Below the pieces are notes generated by a model that saw only the letters and a list, made by a program, of their open reading frames with translations, was not told the DNA's origin and did not search any database. Positions 48,656 to 57,228 of a DNA stretch of 64,000 nt are shown here, piece by piece. Numbering within the stretch: position 1 is the stretch's first letter; each line of letters starts with the position of its first letter. Both the position numbers and the translations under genes were made by a program. This DNA comes from a virus. The DNA lies in IMG/VR virus record IMGVR_UViG_3300025133_000040, positions 1 through 64,000 of that record. One strand, given 5' to 3'.

Positions 48656-48665
48656 ATTATACACC
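48656..48665 (-). promoter_or_regulatory. Putative phage promoter GGTGTATAAT
   Basis: Intergenic exact motif, 4 nt before the FmdB ATG. Confidence 0.6.
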
Positions 48666-48670
48666 AATAC

Positions 48671-49180
48671 TTAGAGGATTTGTCCTAGTAAATCATAAAA
48701 TTCCCGAGGGCTTTTAAGGGTTGTGTCCACCCCTTTGCCATCTGCCAGAGCTAGATTAGCTACAGGCCCCATGTTATTGTCTTTGCCAAGTACAATAGAG
48801 CCCTTCTCTGTACAAAAGGTAACATCTCTCCAGGTAGCGCTAACGATGTTGCCCATATTTCTCTTCAAGGCTATTAGGGTATCGTCGTTGTCGGTCCAGT
48901 GAATTTCATACCCATCCATCTCATAGGCATACTCCAAATCCTCAGTACAAAAACCATCGGGGAACAAATCCACACTCACAATTCGGACTTCGTCATCCGT
49001 TGGTGCGGCGTTAATCATTTTGCTCCTACGGAATTGACGCCACTCTCCTCTGTCTAGGTCATAGCCACTAATCAGGCCGTGATGGTGGTTTTCGGAGTTG
49101 TCAGAAGTGACATAGAGCCTACGAACAGCCCCAGGTTCGGAGCCAGCCTCGTAACGGAATTTAATTACTGTGCCTTGCAT
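48671..49180 (-). CDS. WYL-domain protein
   Basis: IKFRY.....R...GYDLDRGEWRQFRRSKM WYL signature. Confidence 0.7.
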   Translation of the reverse strand: MQGTVIKFRYEAGSEPGAVRRLYVTSDNSENHHHGLISGYDLDRGEWRQFRRSKMINAAPTDDEVRIVSVDLFPDGFCTEDLEYAYEMDGYEIHWTDNDDTLIALKRNMGNIVSATWRDVTFCTEKGSIVLGKDNNMGPVANLALADGKGVDTTLKSPREFYDLLGQIL

Positions 49181-49224
49181 GTGGTTTCACCCTATAGAAG
49201 AATAACGAACGTGTCATATATTCA

Positions 49225-49252
49225 AGTATAGGGCAAAACCCACACAAGTCAA
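49225..49252 (-). promoter_or_regulatory. Host sigma70-type promoter for the WYL gene (TTGACT-N16-TATACT)
   Basis: Minus strand: -35 at 49252-49247, -10 at 49230-49225; downstream AATATAT as in the ssb promoter. Confidence 0.6.
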
Positions 49253-49965
49253 GCAATAAAAGCGTTGATTTCGTCCTCTACAGACTCGTCATCGTCGCTT
49301 TCAATGTAAGACTCACCAAGGCCAGCAGCCTCACGAGCCTCAATAATTTGCCTATATCTTTTAGTTAGATGCGGCTCCCACTCTGGTTCAATTTTGTTCC
49401 AGGGAGTTAGACCTAAGATATAGTGAGCGGAACTAGGAGCCTTGGGCCGATAGCCATTAATTAGACGGAAAGAGGTGTCTATAAGCTTGCTGTCAGCCTT
49501 CTCGCTGTTGCACGTACCGCAACATGTAACAATATTTGTCCATGTCGTGGGGCTCCCGCGCCTGTTTTGTTCCTTCCATAGCTTACGAGGGACAACATGG
49601 TCAAGAGTAAGCATGGCTATGTCAGGATACACCTCACCGCAGTACATACAAGTAGACTTATCTCTAATGTAGATATTCTTACGGGAGAATTTAATCTTGC
49701 CCTTCCTAGGCTTATACCTAGGAACCACGCCAACGGCTGGCACAGGGTATTTTCTGCCATGAGTTCCTAGAATGTACTCACTCTTGTAGAAATCAATAAC
49801 ATTAATACCCTTGCTAGGGTCTTCTGAGTATTTCCAACTGTCTTTGACAGCTTCCCTCCAGTTGAGCATACCCAAAGAAGTCCAGTCGGCGTTTAAAACT
49901 AAACACCTACCATGATTCTTCCTCGTAGTGGGCATAACTCGGTTCGCAGATTCTCTGTACGCCAT
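49249..49965 (-). CDS. HNH endonuclease (McrA-like family)
   Basis: CLVLNAD, FSRKNIYIRD..CMYCG, TLDHVVP, WTNIVTCC..CN..K. Start uncertain. Confidence 0.85.
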   Translation of the reverse strand: MAYRESANRVMPTTRKNHGRCLVLNADWTSLGMLNWREAVKDSWKYSEDPSKGINVIDFYKSEYILGTHGRKYPVPAVGVVPRYKPRKGKIKFSRKNIYIRDKSTCMYCGEVYPDIAMLTLDHVVPRKLWKEQNRRGSPTTWTNIVTCCGTCNSEKADSKLIDTSFRLINGYRPKAPSSAHYILGLTPWNKIEPEWEPHLTKRYRQIIEAREAAGLGESYIESDDDESVEDEINAFIA

Positions 49966-50695
49966 TTTCCAAATCCTCAATACGGTCCACGATTCTCTGA
50001 ACTAATTCAGAGCGGACAATGTCGTCCTTAGTCAAGTGAGAAACCCCTACACCCCTCACATCCTGCAATGTCTCAGCCAACCTCAACATACTGCCAGCTA
50101 CGCCATCATTCAGGTCTGTTTGGTCTGGGTCTCCTGTGATTACCATTGTACTACCAAATCCGATTCGAGTCAAGGCACTTTTTAGCTGTCCGTAGGAAGC
50201 ATTTTGAGCCTCGTCAAGGATAATGAAGGAGTTTTTGAATGTCCTACCCCTCATATTGCCTAGAGTACACACTTCAATGGTCTCTCTATTGAGCAATCTT
50301 CTGAAGTCGTCTTCAGTAAGGTAGTTCTTCATTTCGTCGTAGATAGGGCGTAAGAACGGCATGGTCTTCTTCTCTAATGTGCCAGGAAGAAAGCCGGTAC
50401 GTTCATTTTCGATAGTCACAAGAGGACGGGTAACGATAATCTTCTCGTAGTTACCCTTAGCTAGACCTAGGATAGCTTCTGATGCAGCTATAAAGGTTTT
50501 ACCAGTGCCAGGGGGGCCTATTGCAAACGTCACCTCATTTCGATGTATCGTTTTTAGGTAGGATTTTTGCCCTGGAGTCTTAGCCGTAACTTCCCATTGT
50601 TTTAAGTTAAGGCCAGTGTCTTCTCGTTGACTTTTTCGTTGTTTTCTGCGTGTTGGCATGGGATTGTCTCTCAAGTTAGTAGTAGTATTGTCCAT
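49907..50695 (-). CDS. phoH: PhoH-like ATPase
   Basis: GPPGTGKT, TRP, GFLPG, MRGRTF, ILDEAQN, GDPDQTD, DIVRS. Confidence 0.93.
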   Translation of the reverse strand: MDNTTTNLRDNPMPTRRKQRKSQREDTGLNLKQWEVTAKTPGQKSYLKTIHRNEVTFAIGPPGTGKTFIAASEAILGLAKGNYEKIIVTRPLVTIENERTGFLPGTLEKKTMPFLRPIYDEMKNYLTEDDFRRLLNRETIEVCTLGNMRGRTFKNSFIILDEAQNASYGQLKSALTRIGFGSTMVITGDPDQTDLNDGVAGSMLRLAETLQDVRGVGVSHLTKDDIVRSELVQRIVDRIEDLENGVQRICEPSYAHYEEESW

Positions 50696-50705
50696 CGCCC
50701 TATCC

Positions 50706-53030
50706 TTACACGATACACGCACCTCCTGCGCAGGCTATCGCCTCTTCTGGTGCTGTGTTGTCTTCCGTTTCAATCATAAGAAGGTAATCTACCTTCTGGA
50801 AGCTCTCTTTTAGGTCGCAATATCGTTTCCAGTTGTACACGTCCTTTAGGCAGTACGTCAGTTTTTTAGTGTCGTCACCAAAATATTTCTTAGCATACTT
50901 CTTTGCATTTCTCATAAAGTTTAGTCGCTTTGCAGCCAACTCAGCTATCTTGTGAAACTCTTCAACAGTTTCAGCATCGCCATCGAACGCATCCTTCCAC
51001 TGGTCATTCAGGATAAAGTCACAAGCCGCCCACAGGTCTTCGTCGAACACCTTTAAGGCGTCCTCAATAAGCCCTGAGGTCCATATAGCAGCGTCACCAT
51101 ACTCTCTCACGATTTCCTTGGAGGTGTACACAGCCGTGAACGGTGCCTGTTTGTAGTCCTTGTCGCCTGATTGGGGCAGCAAAGAGATACCGCAAAAGTA
51201 TTCTCGGTTACCGTAGATAAACTTGGAAACATCACCCCATTCATCTGGTTGGACCGTTATAGTATTACTCACATTATGACGTAGCCAGGGTTGTGTACAC
51301 AGGGATTCCCTTGTGCCTGCCTCAACCCAGTTTTGCTGAGTGCTTTTAACCAGTTTGAGTAGGTCAACAGCCGCCATTTGGTTTTTAGTCTTCGCTCCGT
51401 TAGGAACTTCAATAGGGAAGTAGATAACGTCGTCTGTTTTATTGGCTGACCACACCGATTCTTCGCACGCCTTAGGGTTCTTCATCTTGAAGAACTGATA
51501 AGGGGCTTCGTCTTTGTTGGCTTGCACCAGTCTCAAGTATCTCTTCGCATGGTGGGGGTGGATGCCTGAGCTAGTACCTAGCACACAACTTGATGTGCCT
51601 TCTGGCTTTAAGCATGTAGCACGAGCGGCTTGGTTGATGCCTATAGCCTTGGCTATCCTCTTGTTTGTGTCAAGCACAACCTGAGCACCCTCTCTTTGAA
51701 TCTTAGGGTCAAGCACAATGTCGGTCTTCTCCATTGTACCTGTCATAGAGACACCTAAAAGGGCCTCTCGTCTAAATATAGCTTCCGAAGTAGCCCCCAA
51801 GTACGGGAACGAGGTGAACCCAGCTTGGAGAGTGCCAATAATTGCTGCGGCTTTACAGCGTTCAAGGAAATCTTCTTTGTCTTTGACCGAACCAGAGTTA
51901 ATGGTACAGAGATTACATCCCTGCCAGCCAGACTTGAGGCCAATTTTTCCAAGGTCGCCTGTGTATCCTCCACCTTTGTACTTCTCCATGTAGGCGTCAT
52001 ACTTTGCTTGGTCTACCACGTCGTAGCACCAGAACTGAATCTCAACACACGGATTAAACAGGGCTTCCTCGTCGTCGGCCCAGACAAACCCAGGCTCACC
52101 AAATTGCTTTGTATGCTCAAGCAACGCATTGAACTGCTCAAAGGAAGTCTTGCCACGAATAAGGATAGCTGAGTTGTTTGAACGAGCACGCTGAGGGTTC
52201 TCCTTGCGCCAGTTGCCAGTCTTAGCCCGAGCCATTTCCAAGTCGTCAGGACTGAAGATAGCAATAGTTGCTGAGCGTCGTACGCCGCCACTTAACACAG
52301 CGTCGGAGGTGTGCATACATAAGTCGTAAGCGTCGATGGGTCGTAAGCGAGTCTGGCCATCTGTGATACAGCGGTCTAGCAGCTCACGAATCTTCTCAAG
52401 GGAATTGCGTAGGCCGTCAGGACCAGGAGCTTTACCAGTACCAGCACTCAGGCGAGCACCTTTTTCTCTAATCTTACTGTAGTCAAATTCTACCTTGCCG
52501 CACTTGTCAGGGTCGTATTCAGCAAACTCTTCCATACCCTCTTGGACACCGAAGTAATTAGTAAGCAAGACACCTAGCGCATCTGACCAGCCCTCAATAG
52601 TGTCTGGTATCTCATATGTTTTCACATTAGACTGCACGCCTACATAAAATGACGGCAGCTTAGCGACGTGGTGCTTCTGAACACTGAACCCTGCTCCACA
52701 ACCACATAGCAAGAGCCAAAAGAACTCCTGAAAGAAACGGGGGCGGTCGCAGTAGCTTGACACGCAATTAAAACAGCGAGCGTGCTTCTTCATCATTGGC
52801 TTACCGCCAAACTGCAATGCTCGCTGACTTCCTAGGACACGTTTCTTGTGGGACATGTCATACGCCCAATTAATATCTTCCTCAATATTAAATTCAGAGT
52901 ACTTGTCAAGCATCATACTTCGTACTCTGTCAATGGCTTCCTTCCAAGTCTCTCTTCTGTACTCTTTCTCTATCCACCTTGCGTACTTCGCTGTAAAGGT
53001 GTAACTCATTAGCTCTTGTGTTACCGACAT
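50706..53030 (-). CDS. nrdJ: Class II (adenosylcobalamin-dependent) ribonucleotide reductase
   Basis: RETW.E..DR, FNC, GVRRSA, GEPG, NPCVEI, CNL, KPEGT, C-terminal CAGGAC. Confidence 0.92.
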   Translation of the reverse strand: MSVTQELMSYTFTAKYARWIEKEYRRETWKEAIDRVRSMMLDKYSEFNIEEDINWAYDMSHKKRVLGSQRALQFGGKPMMKKHARCFNCVSSYCDRPRFFQEFFWLLLCGCGAGFSVQKHHVAKLPSFYVGVQSNVKTYEIPDTIEGWSDALGVLLTNYFGVQEGMEEFAEYDPDKCGKVEFDYSKIREKGARLSAGTGKAPGPDGLRNSLEKIRELLDRCITDGQTRLRPIDAYDLCMHTSDAVLSGGVRRSATIAIFSPDDLEMARAKTGNWRKENPQRARSNNSAILIRGKTSFEQFNALLEHTKQFGEPGFVWADDEEALFNPCVEIQFWCYDVVDQAKYDAYMEKYKGGGYTGDLGKIGLKSGWQGCNLCTINSGSVKDKEDFLERCKAAAIIGTLQAGFTSFPYLGATSEAIFRREALLGVSMTGTMEKTDIVLDPKIQREGAQVVLDTNKRIAKAIGINQAARATCLKPEGTSSCVLGTSSGIHPHHAKRYLRLVQANKDEAPYQFFKMKNPKACEESVWSANKTDDVIYFPIEVPNGAKTKNQMAAVDLLKLVKSTQQNWVEAGTRESLCTQPWLRHNVSNTITVQPDEWGDVSKFIYGNREYFCGISLLPQSGDKDYKQAPFTAVYTSKEIVREYGDAAIWTSGLIEDALKVFDEDLWAACDFILNDQWKDAFDGDAETVEEFHKIAELAAKRLNFMRNAKKYAKKYFGDDTKKLTYCLKDVYNWKRYCDLKESFQKVDYLLMIETEDNTAPEEAIACAGGACIV

Positions 53031-53040
53031 TGTTAATCCG

Positions 53041-53310
53041 TTATGTTGTTTTCTTTGCTTGTTGTTTCTCAGCGTACTTAGATGCTTCCCTGGCTAGTTT
53101 GTCAGCGGCCTTGCCCTTAGGTAGTTCGCTCTTAGCTGCTGACGTTCTTCTTTTGTTTCTGCGGGGCTTGCCTTGATACTTAAGGTAGAAATCTGAGATT
53201 GCGCCTGCATCATCAGACCTAAGCACTTTACGTTGACCAGTAGGATTTCCTTGAGCATCTTTTACGTACAAAACCAACTCAAAGTTTTTACTATCTTGTT
53301 TTTCCTTCAT
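53041..53310 (-). CDS. Small basic hypothetical protein
   Basis: GAGG RBS; 89 aa, K/R-rich. Confidence 0.65.
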   Translation of the reverse strand: MKEKQDSKNFELVLYVKDAQGNPTGQRKVLRSDDAGAISDFYLKYQGKPRRNKRRTSAAKSELPKGKAADKLAREASKYAEKQQAKKTT

Positions 53311-53328
53311 ACTATATCCTCTCTAGAT

Positions 53329-53360
53329 AAAAAAAGACCCGCCACACGAGATGACGGGTC
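53329..53360 (-). terminator. Rho-independent terminator in the leader of the nrdJ operon
   Basis: Minus strand GACCCGTCAT-ctcgt-GTGGCGGGTC-T7. Confidence 0.8.
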
Positions 53361-53547
53361 GTAATTTTTGACAGCGACACAATTAAGTTTTGGACCTTCT
53401 GTGATACTGGGTTAAAGTTGCTCAACGGTAGTTAACACGTTTTTCTTGTCAATGTTTAAGTATCATCACGGTCCAGAGTGTGGGTCGGAGAGGTGTCGCT
53501 GTAACGGGCGTTATTGAAAATGCTGCCGCTCTTTATGTTCCCCGACT
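53329..53547 (-). ncRNA. Candidate ~220-nt structured RNA (riboswitch/attenuator or stand-alone sRNA)
   Basis: Bounded by a GGTGTATAAT motif and a terminator; nested stems of 10, 6 and 6 bp; possible pseudoknot; no ORF. Confidence 0.6.
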
Positions 53548-53552
53548 ATCTT

Positions 53553-53562
53553 ATTATACACC
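53553..53562 (-). promoter_or_regulatory. Putative phage promoter GGTGTATAAT
   Basis: Exact motif overlapping the dCMP deaminase stop, directly upstream of the structured intergenic region. Confidence 0.55.
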
Positions 53563-54150
53563 TGGAAAAGTCATCTCTCGGAATAACATTTTCCCAAATG
53601 CTAAGTGTTTAAATATTTCCATAAAAACTACGTAATCTTCTGTCTCTGCGGCCTTATGTGGGCGTCCAGCGTGTATCACCTCCACAACACCGGCCTGTCT
53701 CATAAGCATTGTACAGTATTCACAGGTAAGGTTGGTGACATACACCTTGGAGCCCTTAAGGGATGTTCCATTGTAGGCAGCGTTGCAGATACCGTTAGCT
53801 TCTGAGTGTACCATCCACTCATACTTAGCCTTGAGCCTACCTGTTTCATCTCTCATGTTAGGTAAAACAGAATCGTCGAAATCCCTGGGGAAACCATTGT
53901 AACCAGTGACTAGCTCTTTGTTATCCCTTACGAAGACACAGCCAACTTTTGTTTGAGCGTCATGGCTACGCTTAGCAACGTCAAAGGCCCTACCCATAAA
54001 GAAAGTGTCCCAGCAGGGCCTCTCGTGGGGGACTTGAAATTCCTTGTATTCCTCAAGGCGTTTTCTAGCTGCGGAGGATAGCTTAGGAGGTCTGCTAACA
54101 GCCCTGCCTTGCCATACCCCATCTTCTGTATAATATGATTCCCTTGCCAT
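53554..54150 (-). CDS. dCMP deaminase
   Basis: KVGCV, TGYNGFP, HSEAN, TCEYC. Confidence 0.9.
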   Translation of the reverse strand: MARESYYTEDGVWQGRAVSRPPKLSSAARKRLEEYKEFQVPHERPCWDTFFMGRAFDVAKRSHDAQTKVGCVFVRDNKELVTGYNGFPRDFDDSVLPNMRDETGRLKAKYEWMVHSEANGICNAAYNGTSLKGSKVYVTNLTCEYCTMLMRQAGVVEVIHAGRPHKAAETEDYVVFMEIFKHLAFGKMLFREMTFPGV

Positions 54151-54180
54151 GTCTAAAGTATAGACTTGGAACCCTTAAAG

Positions 54181-54567
54181 TCAAGCTTGTTTTTCTCTTC
54201 TGCGGTATTTATTCCAGAACACCCAACCACCCACACGTAGGGCTGCCCAGCAAAGAAATGCTTGGAACTTATTGGCGTGATGGCTGCCAGCGATGGCGCA
54301 CTTATACCAGATACTATCAGCACGATAGCGAGAAACCTTGCCGGTTTCATAAAGATGGTCGTGAACGACTCCAGCGATGTCAACCTTAGACCATCGCACC
54401 ACCCCCCGGCCAAACCAGGGGATGCTGCTATAATCTGTTGTAAAATTCTCTGGAACTATAATGGTTATTCCGTCTACTTTAACAGCCAAGACACGAAGCA
54501 AACGACGCCTGCCGTTGCCTAGTCTTTCTATTCGTAGCGGCCCACTGATAAGTTGTGCTTCTTCCAT
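54181..54567 (-). CDS. DUF1353-family protein
   Basis: VPENFTTDYSSIP...VVHDHLY...AD......ALRVGG. Confidence 0.8.
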   Translation of the reverse strand: MEEAQLISGPLRIERLGNGRRRLLRVLAVKVDGITIIVPENFTTDYSSIPWFGRGVVRWSKVDIAGVVHDHLYETGKVSRYRADSIWYKCAIAGSHHANKFQAFLCWAALRVGGWVFWNKYRRREKQA

Positions 54568-54569
54568 GG

Positions 54570-54959
54570 TTAGCTAAATACTTGAAAGGCGTTAAGAATT
54601 AGACCAATTACCAAGCCTATAACACTAACAACAGAGGTGATACCTACTACGGTAGCGTACATATTAGAAATTCCTAATGTGTTTTTATCTACCTTATCTT
54701 CAAGCTCACCCATCTCCTGTCTGTAGTTACTTTCTACAGACATTTGAAGCTCATATATTTTCTTGACAAAGTCAACACGAAATGCGTTGAGTGCTTCTTG
54801 AATTTTTACGGCATCTGCTGTTCTAGCTTTGGCTTCTTCACGTACAGTAATATCAATCCTCTCCAACTCTTGGAGGATTAACCTTTTATACTCTACGAAA
54901 TTATCTGCTTTATCGGGCATCGACTTACTTTCGGGTTGCTTATCTGGTTTTCTAGACAT
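54570..54959 (-). CDS. Coiled-coil membrane protein with C-terminal TM helix (holin/XhlA-like)
   Basis: C-terminal VVGITSVVSVIGLVIGLIL hydrophobic helix; start taken at MSRKP. Confidence 0.5.
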   Translation of the reverse strand: MSRKPDKQPESKSMPDKADNFVEYKRLILQELERIDITVREEAKARTADAVKIQEALNAFRVDFVKKIYELQMSVESNYRQEMGELEDKVDKNTLGISNMYATVVGITSVVSVIGLVIGLILNAFQVFS

Positions 54960-54972
54960 AATATCTGCCCAC

Positions 54973-55014
54973 AAAAAAAATATCGGCAGCCTCATATTTC
55001 AGAGACTACCGATA
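54973..55014 (-). terminator. Rho-independent terminator after 55021..55848
   Basis: Minus strand TATCGGTAGTCTC...GAGGCTGCCGATA-T8. Confidence 0.8.
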
Positions 55015-55020
55015 CCCATA

Positions 55021-55848
55021 TTAACCTACAGTCTTAGCGCTGTAATCATCCTGCTCAGGCAATGGCTTACCTGTACGGTAAACTAGCTCGCCAGGAATGG
55101 CTAAGGTTGGTGCAGCAGCATTGTCAGTACCCATCGTGGATGCGTCGTCCGCAACCGTTGGGGCAGTAGAGAATGTACCGCTGTAGATGTTCCAGTAACC
55201 AGCACGAATGGCTGTAGCTACACGATTGGTTCGCATGTGTTCTAGCTTGTGGATAGAACGACGAACGCCGAAGTCACTTGCGCCAGAGCGAAGGACTGTG
55301 TTAGACTGACCTGCAAGGGTAGTCGTAACCTTACGCATAACATAAGCACCAGCCGTCATCGTGGCAAAATTGCCAGCAGCAGCTCGGTACGCCAAGGTTC
55401 CTTCACCTAGACCGTCACTAGGAAGGTCAGTAGTGAAAGTGTTAGTGGTCTCTGCGGTAACCCGCTGAGGACCATGGTAGATACTATTAGTATCTGACAC
55501 ATTGATAATATCACCAACACTTAGAACGTGGCTTGCCAATGTGTAGACAGAGAAACCGCCAGCGGTTGCAGCAACACTAGTAACAGCCACAGAAGCACCC
55601 CACTGAGCAGAACCAACATTGATGCCGCCAAGTACCAAGGAGCCGTAATGAGGACGACCACGGTCGCCAAAGGGAACGTCGGTCATGCCGATGCTCGTTG
55701 TTCCACCAGTACCTAGACCAGTAGCTCGACCCTTGTTGAGGTCGGTTGTGCTTGCACCTGAGGCTGAGCCTGCGGTGTCATAATAATCGTTGCCTGCGGA
55801 AGGATTTACCAACAGGTAAGGGTCGTAAAGACCGAAATGGCCACCCAT
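55021..55848 (-). CDS. Putative virion structural/decoration protein
   Basis: Gly/Thr/Ala-rich; H.L.VGD.I...Y.G...VT....TFT beta-barrel repeat seen in fibre proteins; own promoter and terminator. Confidence 0.55.
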   Translation of the reverse strand: MGGHFGLYDPYLLVNPSAGNDYYDTAGSASGASTTDLNKGRATGLGTGGTTSIGMTDVPFGDRGRPHYGSLVLGGINVGSAQWGASVAVTSVAATAGGFSVYTLASHVLSVGDIINVSDTNSIYHGPQRVTAETTNTFTTDLPSDGLGEGTLAYRAAAGNFATMTAGAYVMRKVTTTLAGQSNTVLRSGASDFGVRRSIHKLEHMRTNRVATAIRAGYWNIYSGTFSTAPTVADDASTMGTDNAAAPTLAIPGELVYRTGKPLPEQDDYSAKTVG

Positions 55849-55883
55849 AATACTACTCTTTCTTAAAGTAGTTAATCAAGTTC

Positions 55884-56534
55884 CTAGTGTGTCCTATCTT
55901 TTGAGTTCCTGTTCATACTATTATACACCGCCATTGGCGATTGGAAGTTAATTCCATATATATTAGATGTCTTTACAGTGTCATATTGGTTTGACTTCCA
56001 GATTTTCCCGTTAGTTATGCAGGATACTCCGTACTTTTCCTGCAATTCTAAGGCCCATAGCAGGTTGTCAGAAAAATCGTCAAGAAAATTCCCATTAGAC
56101 GGGTAGAAATACTCAACCCCCAGGTCGCACGCAATAGCCGTCACTTCGTAGATGGTCTTACTATCCATGGCGCGATAGTCTAGCATGACCCTGAGGGTAG
56201 ACCCGTGCTCCTCACACACCTTCCTCTGGGACTCTATATCGTCGGCAACCAGCTCAAGTTTGCGGTTGGCCGTCCATACGGTGGGTATGACCAGATTGAT
56301 GGCGTTGGCCCCTCGCCTAATAGCAGAAAGGGCTGAGTGGCTACGGACAGACGACTCCAGGGTGTTCACTTCTGCCGCAATATCTATATCTTTTTTGACC
56401 ACCTCGCGGAACAAAGGGATAAAAAACGGGCTCGTAAGTACGCTATTGCACCCTAGCTCTATAGACTGGAAGAAGCCCTGTAGGGCATCATCCTCTTTAA
56501 GGTCTCTTCCTTTGATTGTTACTTCCTTATACAC
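55884..56534 (-). CDS. DeoC (deoxyribose-phosphate aldolase)-like TIM barrel, probably catalytically degenerate
   Basis: AIRRGANAINLVI, LRVMLD, A.DLGVEYFYPSNG (where DeoC has F.KTSTG). Confidence 0.65.
   Translation of the reverse strand: MYKEVTIKGRDLKEDDALQGFFQSIELGCNSVLTSPFFIPLFREVVKKDIDIAAEVNTLESSVRSHSALSAIRRGANAINLVIPTVWTANRKLELVADDIESQRKVCEEHGSTLRVMLDYRAMDSKTIYEVTAIACDLGVEYFYPSNGNFLDDFSDNLLWALELQEKYGVSCITNGKIWKSNQYDTVKTSNIYGINFQSPMAVYNSMNRNSKDRTH
55920..55929 (-). promoter_or_regulatory. Putative phage promoter GGTGTATAAT
   Basis: Exact motif about 70 nt upstream of the 55848 start. Confidence 0.55.
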
Positions 56535-57228
56535 TTAGCACTTTCTCCCTAGCCTTGGCTGTAGTCTCATACCCTTCGTCACCGATTACGCCGTCAGCAA
56601 AACCATAATAGACCGCCTCTTTAGCGGTGAGCCACCACTCCTCTTTCAGGTCCATCTTCTTCTGAAGGAACGTCTTAACGGCCTTTTCCCCCATGTTTCT
56701 TTCCTTGAAGTATTCACCACCAACGCACACTCTAACGTAGTTGTCAAGCATAACGTCACAGGTCTTCTTTAGTTGCTCGGCCTCGGTTAGGAACTGCTTA
56801 GAGGTTCCAACCATACCTGCGCTACCATGGTGAATCATAAAAGAACAATTAGGCATCAACAGCCTTGTGTCTGCTGCCTGCATCATAATGCTGCTCATAG
56901 AAACAGCCCAGCCATGAGAGATAGACAGGATGTGGCAGGTAGAATGGGCAATGGCATCGTATATAGCCATCCCGTAGGGCCACTCACCACCAGTACAACA
57001 GAAGTGTACTGTTATGGGTTCACTATCAAAGGCTTCCAGGTATCTCAGATTCTTTATAAAGACATTAGCCACGCTAAAATCTATACCTGATTCTAAGCTT
57101 TCATCGTCGTAAGATTCTGAGTTAACGAATATCTCTTTGGAGTCTATATGAATACCTTGATTGTGCATTACTTCCAGCGCCCCGTGCCTCTGGGGTACTG
57201 TTCTTTTCTTTACACTAGGTATTGCCAT
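56527..57228 (-). CDS. clpP: ClpP-family protease
   Basis: GG....MAIYDAI, AVSMSS (catalytic Ser), FMIHH, LTAKEAVYYGFAD. Confidence 0.85.
   Translation of the reverse strand: MAIPSVKKRTVPQRHGALEVMHNQGIHIDSKEIFVNSESYDDESLESGIDFSVANVFIKNLRYLEAFDSEPITVHFCCTGGEWPYGMAIYDAIAHSTCHILSISHGWAVSMSSIMMQAADTRLLMPNCSFMIHHGSAGMVGTSKQFLTEAEQLKKTCDVMLDNYVRVCVGGEYFKERNMGEKAVKTFLQKKMDLKEEWWLTAKEAVYYGFADGVIGDEGYETTAKAREKVLSV

Noticed and set aside
32900-53030. Inteins or introns in dnaE, dnaB, recA or nrdJ
   Set aside because: No C/S...HN splice termini or LAGLIDADG inserts; protein lengths are normal
53425-53452. TTGACA-N16-TACCGT inside the structured intergenic region as a sigma70 promoter
   Set aside because: Weak -10 and short spacer, and it would fire into a terminator about 90 nt away; cannot be excluded but is not supported
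56526-56536. AGTGTATAAG as another phage promoter copy
   Set aside because: It is the overlap of the clpP stop and the GTG start of the next gene, so coding constraints explain it
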